IMG/VR virus record: IMGVR_UViG_3300028886_000057
Coordinates: 32,001 to 96,000 of that record
Strand: one strand, 5' to 3'
DNA: 64,000 bases
DNA from: a virus
Taxonomy: Duplodnaviria; Caudoviricetes
Translations under genes and position numbers: made by a program
The notes under the pieces: generated by a model
What the model saw: only the letters and a program-made list of their open reading frames with translations
Told to the model about the DNA's origin: nothing
Database searches by the model: none
Shown: positions 20,507 to 30,198 of the stretch, one piece after another
Layout: each line of letters starts with the position of its first letter
How positions within the stretch are numbered: the stretch's first letter is position 1

Positions 20507-21835
20507 TTACTCGGCCTTCTTTGGTCGCAAGATTATATTAAGCAAGATACCAATAATCATTGCAAGCGCAATGCCGGTAAACTGGAAGTCCTTAATCTGA
20601 ATGAAGAGACCGCCAACGCCAGCGGTAAGCGTGACCGCGGCGATAATTACATTGCGGCTTTCAGTGAGATCGACTTTTTGCAAGTTGCGGAGACCGGAAA
20701 TTGCGATGAAGCCGTACAAGATAAGCGCGGCGCCACCGAAGACGCAATAGGGAATGGATTGAACCCAAGTCATAACCGGGGCCATCCAGCCAAGGGCGAT
20801 CGCCAAGATCGCGGCGCCCAAGACGGGCCAGATACTGGCGACTTTAGAAACGCCAATGACGGCTACATTTTCACCATAAGTGGTGTTGCCCATGCCGCCG
20901 ATAAGCCCACCGACCGCGGTAGCAACGCCGTCACCTAGTGCAGTGCGGCTTAAGCCAGGATCCTCAAGCAAATTCTTTTCAACAACAGTAGAAAGGTTAA
21001 GATGGTCGCCGATGTGTTCGCAGAACGCGACTAGCGCGACTGGTACGGCGACCAAAATGATACTAGGCAATTGCGCGACATTAAAGCCGTTAGCCTCAAC
21101 GCCATCAAAGGCGAGTTGTAAACTGAATTTCGGCAACCATTCCATGTGAGTAAATGGCGTGAAGTCAACTAACTGCATAGTTGGATCGTTGACTGCGTGA
21201 CCAATGCCGGTAACGGCGAGCGCAAGTAGATAGCCGCCAATAATGCCGACCAAGAACGGTAGTGTGCTCAACTTACCTTTTGCATAGTGGGAGATAAGCG
21301 CGATACCAAGCATGGTAGTGAGCGCGACTCCAATGGCCCAACCATTCCAATCGACGCCGTTGTTGAACATGGACCAGTTGGTGGCGAAGGCGGCCAAGTT
21401 AAGACCGATAATGGCAATGACCGGACCGACCACGACGGGCGGCAACAGTTTCATTAACCATTTTGTGCCTACAAAGTGAGTTACTACTGCGAGAATTGCG
21501 TAGACAAGCCCAACAGTGCCGAGACCGATGATAACGGCGATAAAGTTACCGTGAACCATGCCACCCATTGCCAAACAGGTTGACATGACGGGGATGAGTG
21601 CGGCGCTGGAGCCAAGAAATACTGGACTCTTGAATTGCGTTATAAGTAAATAGATAATAGTGCCGATACCCGCGGACATAAGCGCAGCCGGAACCATATT
21701 ATAGCCATAACCGCTATATACGATAATTGCGATAAGGGCATTAGCGACAAACATGGCGAGACAGTGCTGAACGGAGTAGAGGATAGTATTTCCGATGCCA
21801 AGCTTGTCGGAGATGTTGTAGCGTAAACTAGACAT
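20507..21835 (-). CDS. uracil/xanthine permease (NCS2/NAT family)
   Basis: QH motif in TM1, FLGSS, EHIGD, TTYGENVAVIGVSK signature, many TM helices. Confidence 0.92.
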   Translation of the reverse strand: MSSLRYNISDKLGIGNTILYSVQHCLAMFVANALIAIIVYSGYGYNMVPAALMSAGIGTIIYLLITQFKSPVFLGSSAALIPVMSTCLAMGGMVHGNFIAVIIGLGTVGLVYAILAVVTHFVGTKWLMKLLPPVVVGPVIAIIGLNLAAFATNWSMFNNGVDWNGWAIGVALTTMLGIALISHYAKGKLSTLPFLVGIIGGYLLALAVTGIGHAVNDPTMQLVDFTPFTHMEWLPKFSLQLAFDGVEANGFNVAQLPSIILVAVPVALVAFCEHIGDHLNLSTVVEKNLLEDPGLSRTALGDGVATAVGGLIGGMGNTTYGENVAVIGVSKVASIWPVLGAAILAIALGWMAPVMTWVQSIPYCVFGGAALILYGFIAISGLRNLQKVDLTESRNVIIAAVTLTAGVGGLFIQIKDFQFTGIALAMIIGILLNIILRPKKAE

Positions 21836-22337
21836 TTAAACTCCTTATGTATTCGATGGCGTCGTCAATATTACTAAAGAGTGCGCCATACTTTTTAATT
21901 AACCCGGTTACATAGAGGTTTTGATAACTATACTGTTGTTCGCCCAATTCGGCGGCGCCAGCATTATCTTTCTCTTGACTATGAGTTAAATAGCATTGAC
22001 GATTGTCGGTGCAAATGCCCACGATATGCTGACCAGAGTTGAGGAACTCACAGCGAGCAGCCATATAGCCAATCTCGGCGCAGCTGCCGCTGGGCAGAAT
22101 ATCGCCATCAATGCAAACGATTAACACATCTGTTTTGTCGAGTCGAGCATTATCCCCTTCAACTATTGCTCGTGAGCCGGCGCACTTTTTCTTTCCTTCG
22201 GCGCCATTAATTTCGGTATTCTCAATGGGCGAGTACAAGTTTATATGCGGAAAGGCGGCTCGTATTTTGGCCGCCCATTCCGTATTTCGTAGCACATCGC
22301 CATAGTAGAATATAGATCCTGCTAGGTATGCGTTCAT
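21828..22337 (-). CDS. nucleoside 2-deoxyribosyltransferase-family protein
   Basis: YLAGSIF, LYSP, D..RLDKTD, SGSCAEIGY. Confidence 0.85.
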   Translation of the reverse strand: MNAYLAGSIFYYGDVLRNTEWAAKIRAAFPHINLYSPIENTEINGAEGKKKCAGSRAIVEGDNARLDKTDVLIVCIDGDILPSGSCAEIGYMAARCEFLNSGQHIVGICTDNRQCYLTHSQEKDNAGAAELGEQQYSYQNLYVTGLIKKYGALFSNIDDAIEYIRSLNV

Positions 22338-22347
22338 TTAAACTCCT

Positions 22348-23346
22348 TTATGCAAGTGTAATTACGATTTGGGTAATGCGCACCTGATTAGATGAAGCGG
22401 TAAATGACACCGTGTCAGCATTACCAGTCCACGTTCCAGTCTTTCCGTCACTCTCAAAGGTATAGCCATCTGGCGCCCCAGACCCGAAGCAGCCAGGGCC
22501 TTGTTTTGTTGTACCATTAGCAGTACATGTAAACACAATTGAAGTCATGATAGGACCGCTGATTGTTAATGTCGCATTTTTATATACACGCAATTCAGTA
22601 ACTGTGTTAGTGCCATAATCACTAGTATTGTCAATAGATATTCCCTGTTTAGTTACTATTGGATTGGCCTTAAGTTCTTGTTGATTAAAAGTTACGGTTT
22701 TACTGACTGGAGCGGCGGATTCTGAAACGCTTGAAGTGGTTGACTCTGCAGCGCTCGAAGTGGTCGATTCTTCAGAAGAGCTTGCTGGTGCATGTGAGGA
22801 CTGGCTTAAAAATTTTATACAATTGTCTGCAAAGATGCCCTCTTGTGCGGCACAATCTCTAGTCGTCCAAACCTCATAATCTATATTTAATGAAGGTACG
22901 CTATATTCTCCACCTATATTAGAAACCGCATAGTTTTTAATAATATCAGAATCTCCACCGCGATAAATCAAAGCACGACTTGAGTCACCAATGGGAGATA
23001 ATTGATATGGGTGGAAAGCGGTCCAAAACGTAGGACTTGAAGAAAAAGACAAATCAGCGGAAGAGTTATGAAGATACAGTCCATCAGACATTATATAAAA
23101 TTTTGTATAATCATTGTCCACCCACTTCATGATTAATTCTTGTGTGGTTTGACTTTTGATAAAACCTTTTTTCTTAGCGTTGAATGCATACCTGTCTTTT
23201 AACACTAAACTGTGTTCAAAAGTGTCTTTTACAGGCACATTTGCCTGAGCAACAACGCGATGCATTGGTCGTGAACCAAAGACAATGCCGGTTACTGCCA
23301 GCGCCACAACAGCGCAAGTAGCCATAATTTTAGTTCTTAGCATCAT
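22348..23346 (-). CDS. secreted/surface protein with Ser/Thr linker and beta-rich C-terminal domain
   Basis: Signal-peptide-like N-terminus; SSSEESTTSSAAESTTSS linker. Confidence 0.7.
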   Translation of the reverse strand: MMLRTKIMATCAVVALAVTGIVFGSRPMHRVVAQANVPVKDTFEHSLVLKDRYAFNAKKKGFIKSQTTQELIMKWVDNDYTKFYIMSDGLYLHNSSADLSFSSSPTFWTAFHPYQLSPIGDSSRALIYRGGDSDIIKNYAVSNIGGEYSVPSLNIDYEVWTTRDCAAQEGIFADNCIKFLSQSSHAPASSSEESTTSSAAESTTSSVSESAAPVSKTVTFNQQELKANPIVTKQGISIDNTSDYGTNTVTELRVYKNATLTISGPIMTSIVFTCTANGTTKQGPGCFGSGAPDGYTFESDGKTGTWTGNADTVSFTASSNQVRITQIVITLA

Positions 23347-23501
23347 TTATTAAATCCTCTTTTTCAGTCTTTCTGATTTTACACCGCAAACCCGAAGACT
23401 CTAATATAGCCGCGGCCTCTTCAGCATCTTCGCGCGAATTATACTCGCCTAAAAGCTGCAATGAGCAACTACACTCTTCAACTACTTGATACTTCTCCAT
23501 C

Positions 23502-23729
23502 TCACTCCTTGAACAACTGTTTCAAAGCAGGGGTGGGTTCGGCTGATGCCGCGGCGAGCAACTGTTCATAGGCATCTGCATCGCATTCAATTACCTCTTG
23601 CAACGCCTCAATTCGTAAGGCATGCAATAATGCGGCGGCCTCGTCTGGCATTAACCATAGATAATCGCCAACATTGGTTTCTACGATGTTGTTCAACTGC
23701 GTCATCAGTTTTTCTCTATATTTATTCAT
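23502..23729 (-). CDS. hypothetical protein
   Basis: 75 aa, coupled to the ligase stop. Confidence 0.6.
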   Translation of the reverse strand: MNKYREKLMTQLNNIVETNVGDYLWLMPDEAAALLHALRIEALQEVIECDADAYEQLLAAASAEPTPALKQLFKE

Positions 23730-24898
23730 TATTTTTCCTCCGGATAACGGAAGCGAACAAATACAGGATGACGAATTGCGCCCTTGTCATTTGTGCTCAT
23801 TCCGCGTACAACCGCATAAAGTGCCTTGCTTTGAATCAAGTTGTATGCTTCTTTTGTGGACAGCCAAGCTTTGTCGTCATCGGTTAAACCGCTCGCAACA
23901 TCCACTTCTATACCATTATACAACACACGGACTGCACTTTTCCAACCGTAGAAATAGGGTTTGGTAACGGCTTTAACTTTGACAGTATAGCCGAGGTCCT
24001 TACCGTAACTTTCATTGAAGGTTTTTTCAAATTCAAGCGCTTCGGCAGCGCCATTAAAATTATGCATGGTTGGGTAGTCACCATCGTCGGGATACGCCAA
24101 CCAATATTTCCAGGTATCAATTTCCGTACCATCGTAAGCGACAGTCGGCTCAAGCGCGGCAATGACCAGAAGTTCCATTTCCGGCAACTTCTGTTTCAAT
24201 TTCAAGGTTTTCCATGCGGTACGGGTGCCGGGCCAGTAATGGTTATCTTTTTTCTGAATAACCAAACCTTCACCACCGGCCGCGATAATACGATCGGCTT
24301 CTTCGGCAAAGTCGTATCCATCTGCATACACTGTGGTGCAGCAGAAATGGTCGGCTCCATAATAATTATCAGCAAACTTATCGTTTAGTAACGCTTCCAG
24401 CTCCATAATGCGGACGAGATACGGCGTTTCGGTAAAGTCCTCACCATTCCACATCAACAAATCGAAGCCCCAGAACTTAACCTTGGTGGTTTTCTGGCGC
24501 TCTACTGCCTTCTCCGGTAAGCAGCGCAAAATAGTGCCGATGGTGTTAGCATTAACACCTTCGCCATCTACACAGATTTCAGCCAAGATGACCGTATTAT
24601 CTGGCCACTTATCCATAACTTCGATGGCGGTCGGCAGCTTCGCGGTATAGTCGCCGTAAACACCGGTAATTTTGCTGATCGAGCGGCTGCGGATTAGGTT
24701 GTTACCCTTGGAATAGTGAATGAACATACCCCAGTCGCCATCATGCTTAACGGAGGCAATGTATTCATTACCTTTATTATCAATAATATCTTGACGCTTT
24801 TGTTGAAGTGTTACGGTTTTCGGTTCAGGATTATCATAATACTTCATTGGCTCCATTAGAGCGAAATCATTAATTGTACGCATGGCCCCAAACTCCAT
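23729..24898 (-). CDS. ATP-dependent DNA ligase
   Basis: KHDG adenylation motif, FDLL, GEGLVI, KLK, VASGLTD, IRHPVF. Confidence 0.9.
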   Translation of the reverse strand: MEFGAMRTINDFALMEPMKYYDNPEPKTVTLQQKRQDIIDNKGNEYIASVKHDGDWGMFIHYSKGNNLIRSRSISKITGVYGDYTAKLPTAIEVMDKWPDNTVILAEICVDGEGVNANTIGTILRCLPEKAVERQKTTKVKFWGFDLLMWNGEDFTETPYLVRIMELEALLNDKFADNYYGADHFCCTTVYADGYDFAEEADRIIAAGGEGLVIQKKDNHYWPGTRTAWKTLKLKQKLPEMELLVIAALEPTVAYDGTEIDTWKYWLAYPDDGDYPTMHNFNGAAEALEFEKTFNESYGKDLGYTVKVKAVTKPYFYGWKSAVRVLYNGIEVDVASGLTDDDKAWLSTKEAYNLIQSKALYAVVRGMSTNDKGAIRHPVFVRFRYPEEK

Positions 24899-25115
24899 AT
24901 TTTACGGCAGCATAGTGTCCAATACTGCCGTTAATTTGTGTCTCATCGCCGGCTACGTCGCCGCATGGTAACCAAGTAACATCCAGCAACTGCAGCCGCT
25001 GTCCATCTATAGTTCCCATTAATACTTGTTTATCACCAACTTTAGCATGTTGAAATTGTTTAAGCCACTCGTTGAGTTCATCTACTGTTTTAAAAATTTT
25101 GTATTGAATATACAT
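24870..25115 (-). CDS. hypothetical protein
   Basis: 81 aa with GAGGAGG RBS. Confidence 0.6.
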   Translation of the reverse strand: MYIQYKIFKTVDELNEWLKQFQHAKVGDKQVLMGTIDGQRLQLLDVTWLPCGDVAGDETQINGSIGHYAAVKYGVWGHAYN

Positions 25116-25117
25116 GG

Positions 25118-25621
25118 CTATTCCTCCTCGTGTGCCTCGTGCGCCTTTAAATCGGCAACCGTTAACGTCTGTTTACGATCAACCTTTTGAATGATGCACC
25201 GATTCCACATGACGTCAACGATATATGAATTGCCAAACTCAACTTCGATAGATAAAGTGCCCCAACGCACGCTATCCAGTTTTTTACAGCCATTAATAAA
25301 CCATTCGGCAATTTCTTGCACATCCTCGTCGCACTCGCCAAAGTCGCGCAAGTCGCCTTCAATGGAAATAAGCGAACCTTCACCGAGGATGGTCCAACAA
25401 TCATCTTCATCCGCCTTCTCGACAGTGTCCTGTAAATGCCAAACGATAGTGCCTTCCGACCCGGTTGGAATTCTAACAGGGCTTTGGACATGACGATAGT
25501 ATCGCTCGGTATGATTCATCATATCATTCCACGTTTTCGGCACACCAAATGCTTTTTCGACCTCTTCTTGCGTTACGGGGTGGGTCTGAACAACCCCAAT
25601 TACATGTGTCCACTGACTCAT
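25118..25621 (-). CDS. hypothetical protein
   Basis: 167 aa with AAGGAGG RBS. Confidence 0.7.
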   Translation of the reverse strand: MSQWTHVIGVVQTHPVTQEEVEKAFGVPKTWNDMMNHTERYYRHVQSPVRIPTGSEGTIVWHLQDTVEKADEDDCWTILGEGSLISIEGDLRDFGECDEDVQEIAEWFINGCKKLDSVRWGTLSIEVEFGNSYIVDVMWNRCIIQKVDRKQTLTVADLKAHEAHEEE

Positions 25622-25624
25622 CGT

Positions 25625-25792
25625 TTAATCCTCCTTGATTAACAACCCTAGTTCTATTGCCTTATTTATGTCTAATGTAAAGTATGTACCACCGAACTGA
25701 ACTACGTAATTTATAGTTAACTTATTACCATTCGCCACGATACGTGTAGCCATAGTGCCATGATATGTAGTACCGCGCTCCTCTTCATCCAT
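25625..25792 (-). CDS. small hypothetical protein (55 aa, not in track)
   Basis: MDEEERGTTYHG...; follows the TTGACT-N17-TATAAT promoter. Confidence 0.5.
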   Translation of the reverse strand: MDEEERGTTYHGTMATRIVANGNKLTINYVVQFGGTYFTLDINKAIELGLLIKED

Positions 25793-25897
25793 AAGGTTTT
25801 TCCTTTCTTATCTTTAATATTATTATACGTGTGAATAGCGTTAAAGTCAATAAAAAATGGGCCGACAGTTACAAGGAACTGTTGCAGCCCACGCAAT

Positions 25898-26326
25898 TTA
25901 CTTGCCTGTCGAGCCGAAGCCACCAACCCTTTCTCCAAAGGCGGCGTCATCACTCGTAATTAGATACGGCACAAATATACCTTGGCAGAAGCGGTCGCCA
26001 GCCTTAATAACCAGCGGCTCTTCTGAGCGGTTTTCGAGAAAAATGGCAATCTCGAAGCCGCAATAGTCAGCGTCAATTATGCCGACCGTATTAACAATGG
26101 CCATGCCGCGCTTAATTGCCATAGAAGAGCGCGGATACGCCTGCAATACCCAACGCATTGTATCGGCGTTGTCGAGTGCCACGGTCACATTGGTCGGTAT
26201 TTTTATTTTGCCATGCGGCTCAATCGTATAGTCGGCGGGTGAGAAGAAGTCATAGCCGGCACTATTCGCAGTGGCGCGCATCGGCAATTGGGTTTCTTCT
26301 TCGGGTCTAACTAATTCAAAATGCAT
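25898..26326 (-). CDS. dut: trimeric dUTPase
   Basis: SAGYDF, PRSS, GIIDADY, GDRFCQG, RVGGFGSTG. Confidence 0.95.
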   Translation of the reverse strand: MHFELVRPEEETQLPMRATANSAGYDFFSPADYTIEPHGKIKIPTNVTVALDNADTMRWVLQAYPRSSMAIKRGMAIVNTVGIIDADYCGFEIAIFLENRSEEPLVIKAGDRFCQGIFVPYLITSDDAAFGERVGGFGSTGK

Positions 26327-26610
26327 TATTTTTCTCCTTTCGGTTGTTCATGCAATATAACTTCGATGTCATAGCCGCGCGGCTGAATAAACCAAACAAA
26401 ATATTCTCCATATTTGTTGGCGGCCTTGACGCGGTTCATAGTGCCATGAAAATGATCGACTTGAACCATAATACGGTCCGGCAATAAATGCAACAAGTAT
26501 TTAAGTCGCACAGAGCCGCCCATTAACATTTTCGCCTCGCGGCGCTTACTTAACCACTTCATATAAACCGCACTCACATTCTCCCGGCTCTTGCCGTGCC
26601 ACCCGCTCAC
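26326..26610 (-). CDS. hypothetical protein (start uncertain)
   Basis: Fills the gap between the FTR-like gene and dut. Confidence 0.5.
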   Translation of the reverse strand: MSGWHGKSRENVSAVYMKWLSKRREAKMLMGGSVRLKYLLHLLPDRIMVQVDHFHGTMNRVKAANKYGEYFVWFIQPRGYDIEVILHEQPKGEK

Positions 26611-26728
26611 GGAATTGGCGGCACATGCACTTTGTGTCCGGGCATCTTTCTAATTTGCAGGGGCAATAGCCGTCGTTTTTGCGCACGGCTTCCGCGGCCC
26701 CGTTCTTGTCGATTCGTAAGATTTTCAT
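26546..26728 (-). CDS. ferredoxin-thioredoxin reductase catalytic (beta) subunit-like protein
   Basis: GYCPC...CMC...GECECGLY resembles the CPC/CPC/CHC pattern; ATG 26728 with AAGGAG. Confidence 0.75.
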   Translation of the reverse strand: MKILRIDKNGAAEAVRKNDGYCPCKLERCPDTKCMCRQFRERVARQEPGECECGLYEVVK

Positions 26729-26729
26729 G

Positions 26730-27278
26730 CTAGCTCCTTTTTGCGTCGGCCGCTCCAAGCCCTTGTAACCACTCAGTTCGATCGGCTTTAATTTGCTCTT
26801 CCTGTTGTGGCTTCCACTCATTCTCCTTCGTCCAAAACATCGAAGTAATGTTGGTAAAGAGGGTCGGTGAGTCGTGGCGGAAGAGGGCTTGGTTGGTAGT
26901 GCGGCAGTTTAGCGGACCGCGACTTTCGTCCCAGTGGCCGACTTTATAGTAGTTGAGGTGTAACTGGAGGTCCATATCCCACGCGTCCATGCCGCTATAG
27001 AACGCGGCTTTGCGACCAAGCCAACGAATCCAGTCGGCGAGCCGCGAAACTTCCCAGTGGTCATTATCACCACCCATTAACAAAATGCAAGTGGCGTAGG
27101 GGTAGAGTTTAATAGCCTTCGCTAATTTCTCAAAGGTTAGTTCATATTTGCCGCGCTCCCAAAGCCACGGACTTGAGCAGCCGTGGCAATGGCAGGGGCA
27201 ATCACAGATATAGAAGGTTAAACAAATTTCACCGGGGATGGAGCGTAAATCAACTTCGTAATCGGTGAAAGTTAACAT
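26730..27278 (-). CDS. nrdG: anaerobic RNR activating radical-SAM protein
   Basis: CPCHCHGC (CxxxCxxC), LMGG, TTNQ; adjacent to nrdD. Confidence 0.9.
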   Translation of the reverse strand: MLTFTDYEVDLRSIPGEICLTFYICDCPCHCHGCSSPWLWERGKYELTFEKLAKAIKLYPYATCILLMGGDNDHWEVSRLADWIRWLGRKAAFYSGMDAWDMDLQLHLNYYKVGHWDESRGPLNCRTTNQALFRHDSPTLFTNITSMFWTKENEWKPQQEEQIKADRTEWLQGLGAADAKRS

Positions 27279-29140
27279 TAGTCAAGCTCCGATCCGTCGT
27301 GGAGACCCGGCTTGGTATAGGCACGTCGTGCGGCCTCATCTTGGCGTGCGGCGCTAAAGTTGGACACTCTTTTTAGGTAACCTATGATTCTCGTGCAATA
27401 GTCGAGATTTTTGCTATGGCAGCGCGGGCACTCATCAAGAGTGTGTTTGCTAATATAGCCGCAATCGTTGCAGATGGTATTGCGGACGTTGTAGGTGAAG
27501 TAGTTACAACCAGCTTCTACTGCGACATCCATGAGTTTGCGGTAAGTCGCGGCGTCCAAGTGCTCTTCAAGGTTGTTGTGGAGGGCAACGCCGCCGCTGC
27601 ATTGATCCGCGAAACCGGTGCCTTGATAGTAGAAGCGGAGGACCGGGTCAATATTATCTTCGACAACGTAGAAGTAGGAATTGTAGCAGTTGCGGCTGCT
27701 CGGCACGGAGTAGCCATCACGCTTATCCCAGTTGTAGAACTTGACGGCGAGATTCTCGGCTGGGACGAACTCGGTATTGAACTTTGTATGCTCGGTTTTA
27801 TGTTCTTCGTTGAGTCGGCCAATTGTGCCAAGTACGTCGGCAGCGAGTTGACGATATTCGGCGCTGAACGGGCTAACTTTAATGCCAAGGAACTCGGCGG
27901 CTTCGACAAAGCCATTAATACCAACAGTAAGGTACTGCTTGTCGAGTTCGATGAAGCCGGCTTTGAAGATGGTCAACATACCATTGTTATAATCGTCCCA
28001 AAGTTTGTTATTGAACGCGGTTAGATATTTATGAATACGAGTAGTGGTCGCGGCAATGTATTCGGAGAACGGGCCTTTGCGACCTTCGCGGTCCCAGTCC
28101 TGAACGAGGCGGTTCAAGTTCATGGTTATAACGGCCTTTGAACCTGTTTCTACACCACCGGCGCCAAGCGTGTAGGAGAACGGTTCCCGTTCTACTGCAT
28201 TGCGAAGGCGGCAGCAAGAGCTGAGGGCGTCGACAGAATCACTTTGATACATGAAGAAGGAAGCGCCTTCTGACCACATTTCGGAGAAGAAGCTGGCCAT
28301 TTCCTCATCTTTGTAGTGGCCGTTCTCAACAAGGATGTTTGCGGTTTCAACAGGGAAGGTAAGAATGGTGCGAAGACGCTCATTATTAAACCACTTCATA
28401 AAGAGCTTCTGCAGCACTTTGGTAGATTCCCAGCACGGTTCGTCGCCATCGGGGAAGAAGAAGCCGTTAAAAATGGATTCAAAGTAGTAGCGATCGAAGT
28501 AGGCAATGTTCCAGAAAATGGACTGGTTGCCACGAGCGGCGGCGGGCTGATTAATGCTATAAATAATTTGGCCGAAATGCTTTTCGATCTTGTCGCGCAA
28601 CGTCATGCCGCGACTCGGTTCGATAACGTCATCAAGGTGGAGGTAATAGTCCTGACCGTAATCAATGCGCATAAAGTGATCGAAATAGGTAAGGAACTCT
28701 GGTGTCGCCACTGCACCAGCAAATTGTGCGGCAACGATGAAGAGGAGGTTGATGAAGCCGCCGCAGAACTCTTCTATATGTTTGGGTGCAGTGCTGCCGC
28801 CGCCAACCTTTGTAAGCCCATCCAATAGGAAGGGATACATAGTCATAGCGACGCAATACGGGAAGCCACCCGCACCAGTGGTTTCGTCATGTCGGTAGAT
28901 AATGTGGTGGCTCAAGTCTTCCTCATACTGAGCCGCCAATTCAGCGCCAAAATACTTGGTTAAATAGTTCTTCATAACGGCGCGCTGAAGCAGAATATGG
29001 TCGGCCTTATTAAGTTCGACGGCGAGGGTTGCGATATTCTTTTCCGTTACGTTCGCATTGGGGTCTACTTCAGAGCCGGTAGCAGCATTGCGAGCGCCAC
29101 GATACTCTTCCATAAACCGAAGTTTTTCGTCTATTGTCAT
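27278..29140 (-). CDS. nrdD: class III anaerobic ribonucleotide reductase, no ATP cone
   Basis: PYCVA, TFPV, SSCCRL, EFVPAE, CxxC...CxxC, glycyl-radical RIIGYL. Confidence 0.95.
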   Translation of the reverse strand: MTIDEKLRFMEEYRGARNAATGSEVDPNANVTEKNIATLAVELNKADHILLQRAVMKNYLTKYFGAELAAQYEEDLSHHIIYRHDETTGAGGFPYCVAMTMYPFLLDGLTKVGGGSTAPKHIEEFCGGFINLLFIVAAQFAGAVATPEFLTYFDHFMRIDYGQDYYLHLDDVIEPSRGMTLRDKIEKHFGQIIYSINQPAAARGNQSIFWNIAYFDRYYFESIFNGFFFPDGDEPCWESTKVLQKLFMKWFNNERLRTILTFPVETANILVENGHYKDEEMASFFSEMWSEGASFFMYQSDSVDALSSCCRLRNAVEREPFSYTLGAGGVETGSKAVITMNLNRLVQDWDREGRKGPFSEYIAATTTRIHKYLTAFNNKLWDDYNNGMLTIFKAGFIELDKQYLTVGINGFVEAAEFLGIKVSPFSAEYRQLAADVLGTIGRLNEEHKTEHTKFNTEFVPAENLAVKFYNWDKRDGYSVPSSRNCYNSYFYVVEDNIDPVLRFYYQGTGFADQCSGGVALHNNLEEHLDAATYRKLMDVAVEAGCNYFTYNVRNTICNDCGYISKHTLDECPRCHSKNLDYCTRIIGYLKRVSNFSAARQDEAARRAYTKPGLHDGSELD

Positions 29141-29226
29141 AAAACTCCTAATAAAAAAACTAACACTATCGTGCTAGTTTTATTATAGACAAATGTTTTG
29201 AAATAAGCAAGTTAATTTTGCGTTTG

Positions 29227-29442
29227 TTAGTTTTTGCGGGCTGCGAAAAATGCCTTGGCTTGACCGAGATTCATAAGCGTGCCGTCCTCAAATTCAATCC
29301 AGGGTACGGCTTTAAAGCCTTTAGAGCGCATGAGGTCGGTATCAGTGTTTTCGGTCCAGGTATAGCCGTTCTGTTTCAAGAGAATGGTCATAGCAGTACA
29401 AGCGGGGCAGTGCGTGGTGTAAAGGGTTACATGTTTTTCCAT
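29227..29442 (-). CDS. glutaredoxin/NrdH-like redoxin
   Basis: LYTTHCPAC and AVP motifs. Confidence 0.85.
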   Translation of the reverse strand: MEKHVTLYTTHCPACTAMTILLKQNGYTWTENTDTDLMRSKGFKAVPWIEFEDGTLMNLGQAKAFFAARKN

Positions 29443-30110
29443 TATTCTTTATTCCTTTCTTCATAAGCGAGCAAGCTTTCATAAACCGCTTCTGGGTAAT
29501 GCGCCCCGACACAATGCGGCCAATGATAGTTTTTAGTAGATACGCCTTTGCCAATATGTAAGATTTCAGCAACATGGCGATAGATAAATAGTACGGGCGG
29601 CACATGAGTTACAATATCGTTCTTGTTGCGAATAATGCGGAAATGTTTCCAGCGTTCACGCAACTCTTTCTTGAGATGCCAGCCGAAGAAAATGCGCGGG
29701 GCTTCAAAACCAAAACCGGCTAAGCCATATTCACGCAGATCGGGGCGATAATACCAAACACATTCGTGGCAGAAAGTAGCAAGCGCACCACCATGGGAGT
29801 AGCCGACAACCACGATTTGTTTCCAACGGTATCCATTATCGTCGGTTTCTAAGATTTTGGCGATAATGAGATCTTCGACTTCTTTCCAAGCGGCTAGAAA
29901 GCCACGATGAACTCGATATGGCACAGCCATATCTTTGTACGGACGGGCTGGGAATAAGAAGTTGCGAATCCAATCGGTAGTAGAGGAACTACCTTGGAAA
30001 TAGATGTAGAGGAGGTCACCACTTTCTACAAATGCGTAATTTACGTCATGGCCGACTGTTTGATATTGTACATCATATGCACACCGATGAAAGAGGGTGC
30101 TTAATTTCAT
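29442..30110 (-). CDS. class 3 lipase-like alpha/beta hydrolase
   Basis: FQGS, VHRGF, GYSHGG, PRI, DIVTHVPP. Confidence 0.85.
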   Translation of the reverse strand: MKLSTLFHRCAYDVQYQTVGHDVNYAFVESGDLLYIYFQGSSSTTDWIRNFLFPARPYKDMAVPYRVHRGFLAAWKEVEDLIIAKILETDDNGYRWKQIVVVGYSHGGALATFCHECVWYYRPDLREYGLAGFGFEAPRIFFGWHLKKELRERWKHFRIIRNKNDIVTHVPPVLFIYRHVAEILHIGKGVSTKNYHWPHCVGAHYPEAVYESLLAYEERNKE

Positions 30111-30198
30111 AAACTTCACCTTAATTTTAAAGTTAAATGTAAAATTCAATTGACCTATTTAATTGTGGCGGAAATACAATGGGAATGTCAAATATATA

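Noticed and set aside
27416-28828. Long antisense ORFs (202 and 170 aa) opposite nrdD, and similar ones opposite gyrA and the sigma gene
   Set aside because: Expected from codon bias of the sense gene; no RBS or recognisable motifs
29153-29181. Hairpin AACTAGCAC-GATA-GTGTTAGTT before nrdD as a CIRCE element or attenuator
   Set aside because: The spacing does not match CIRCE. It fits a terminator for the upstream genes overlapping the nrdD promoter start
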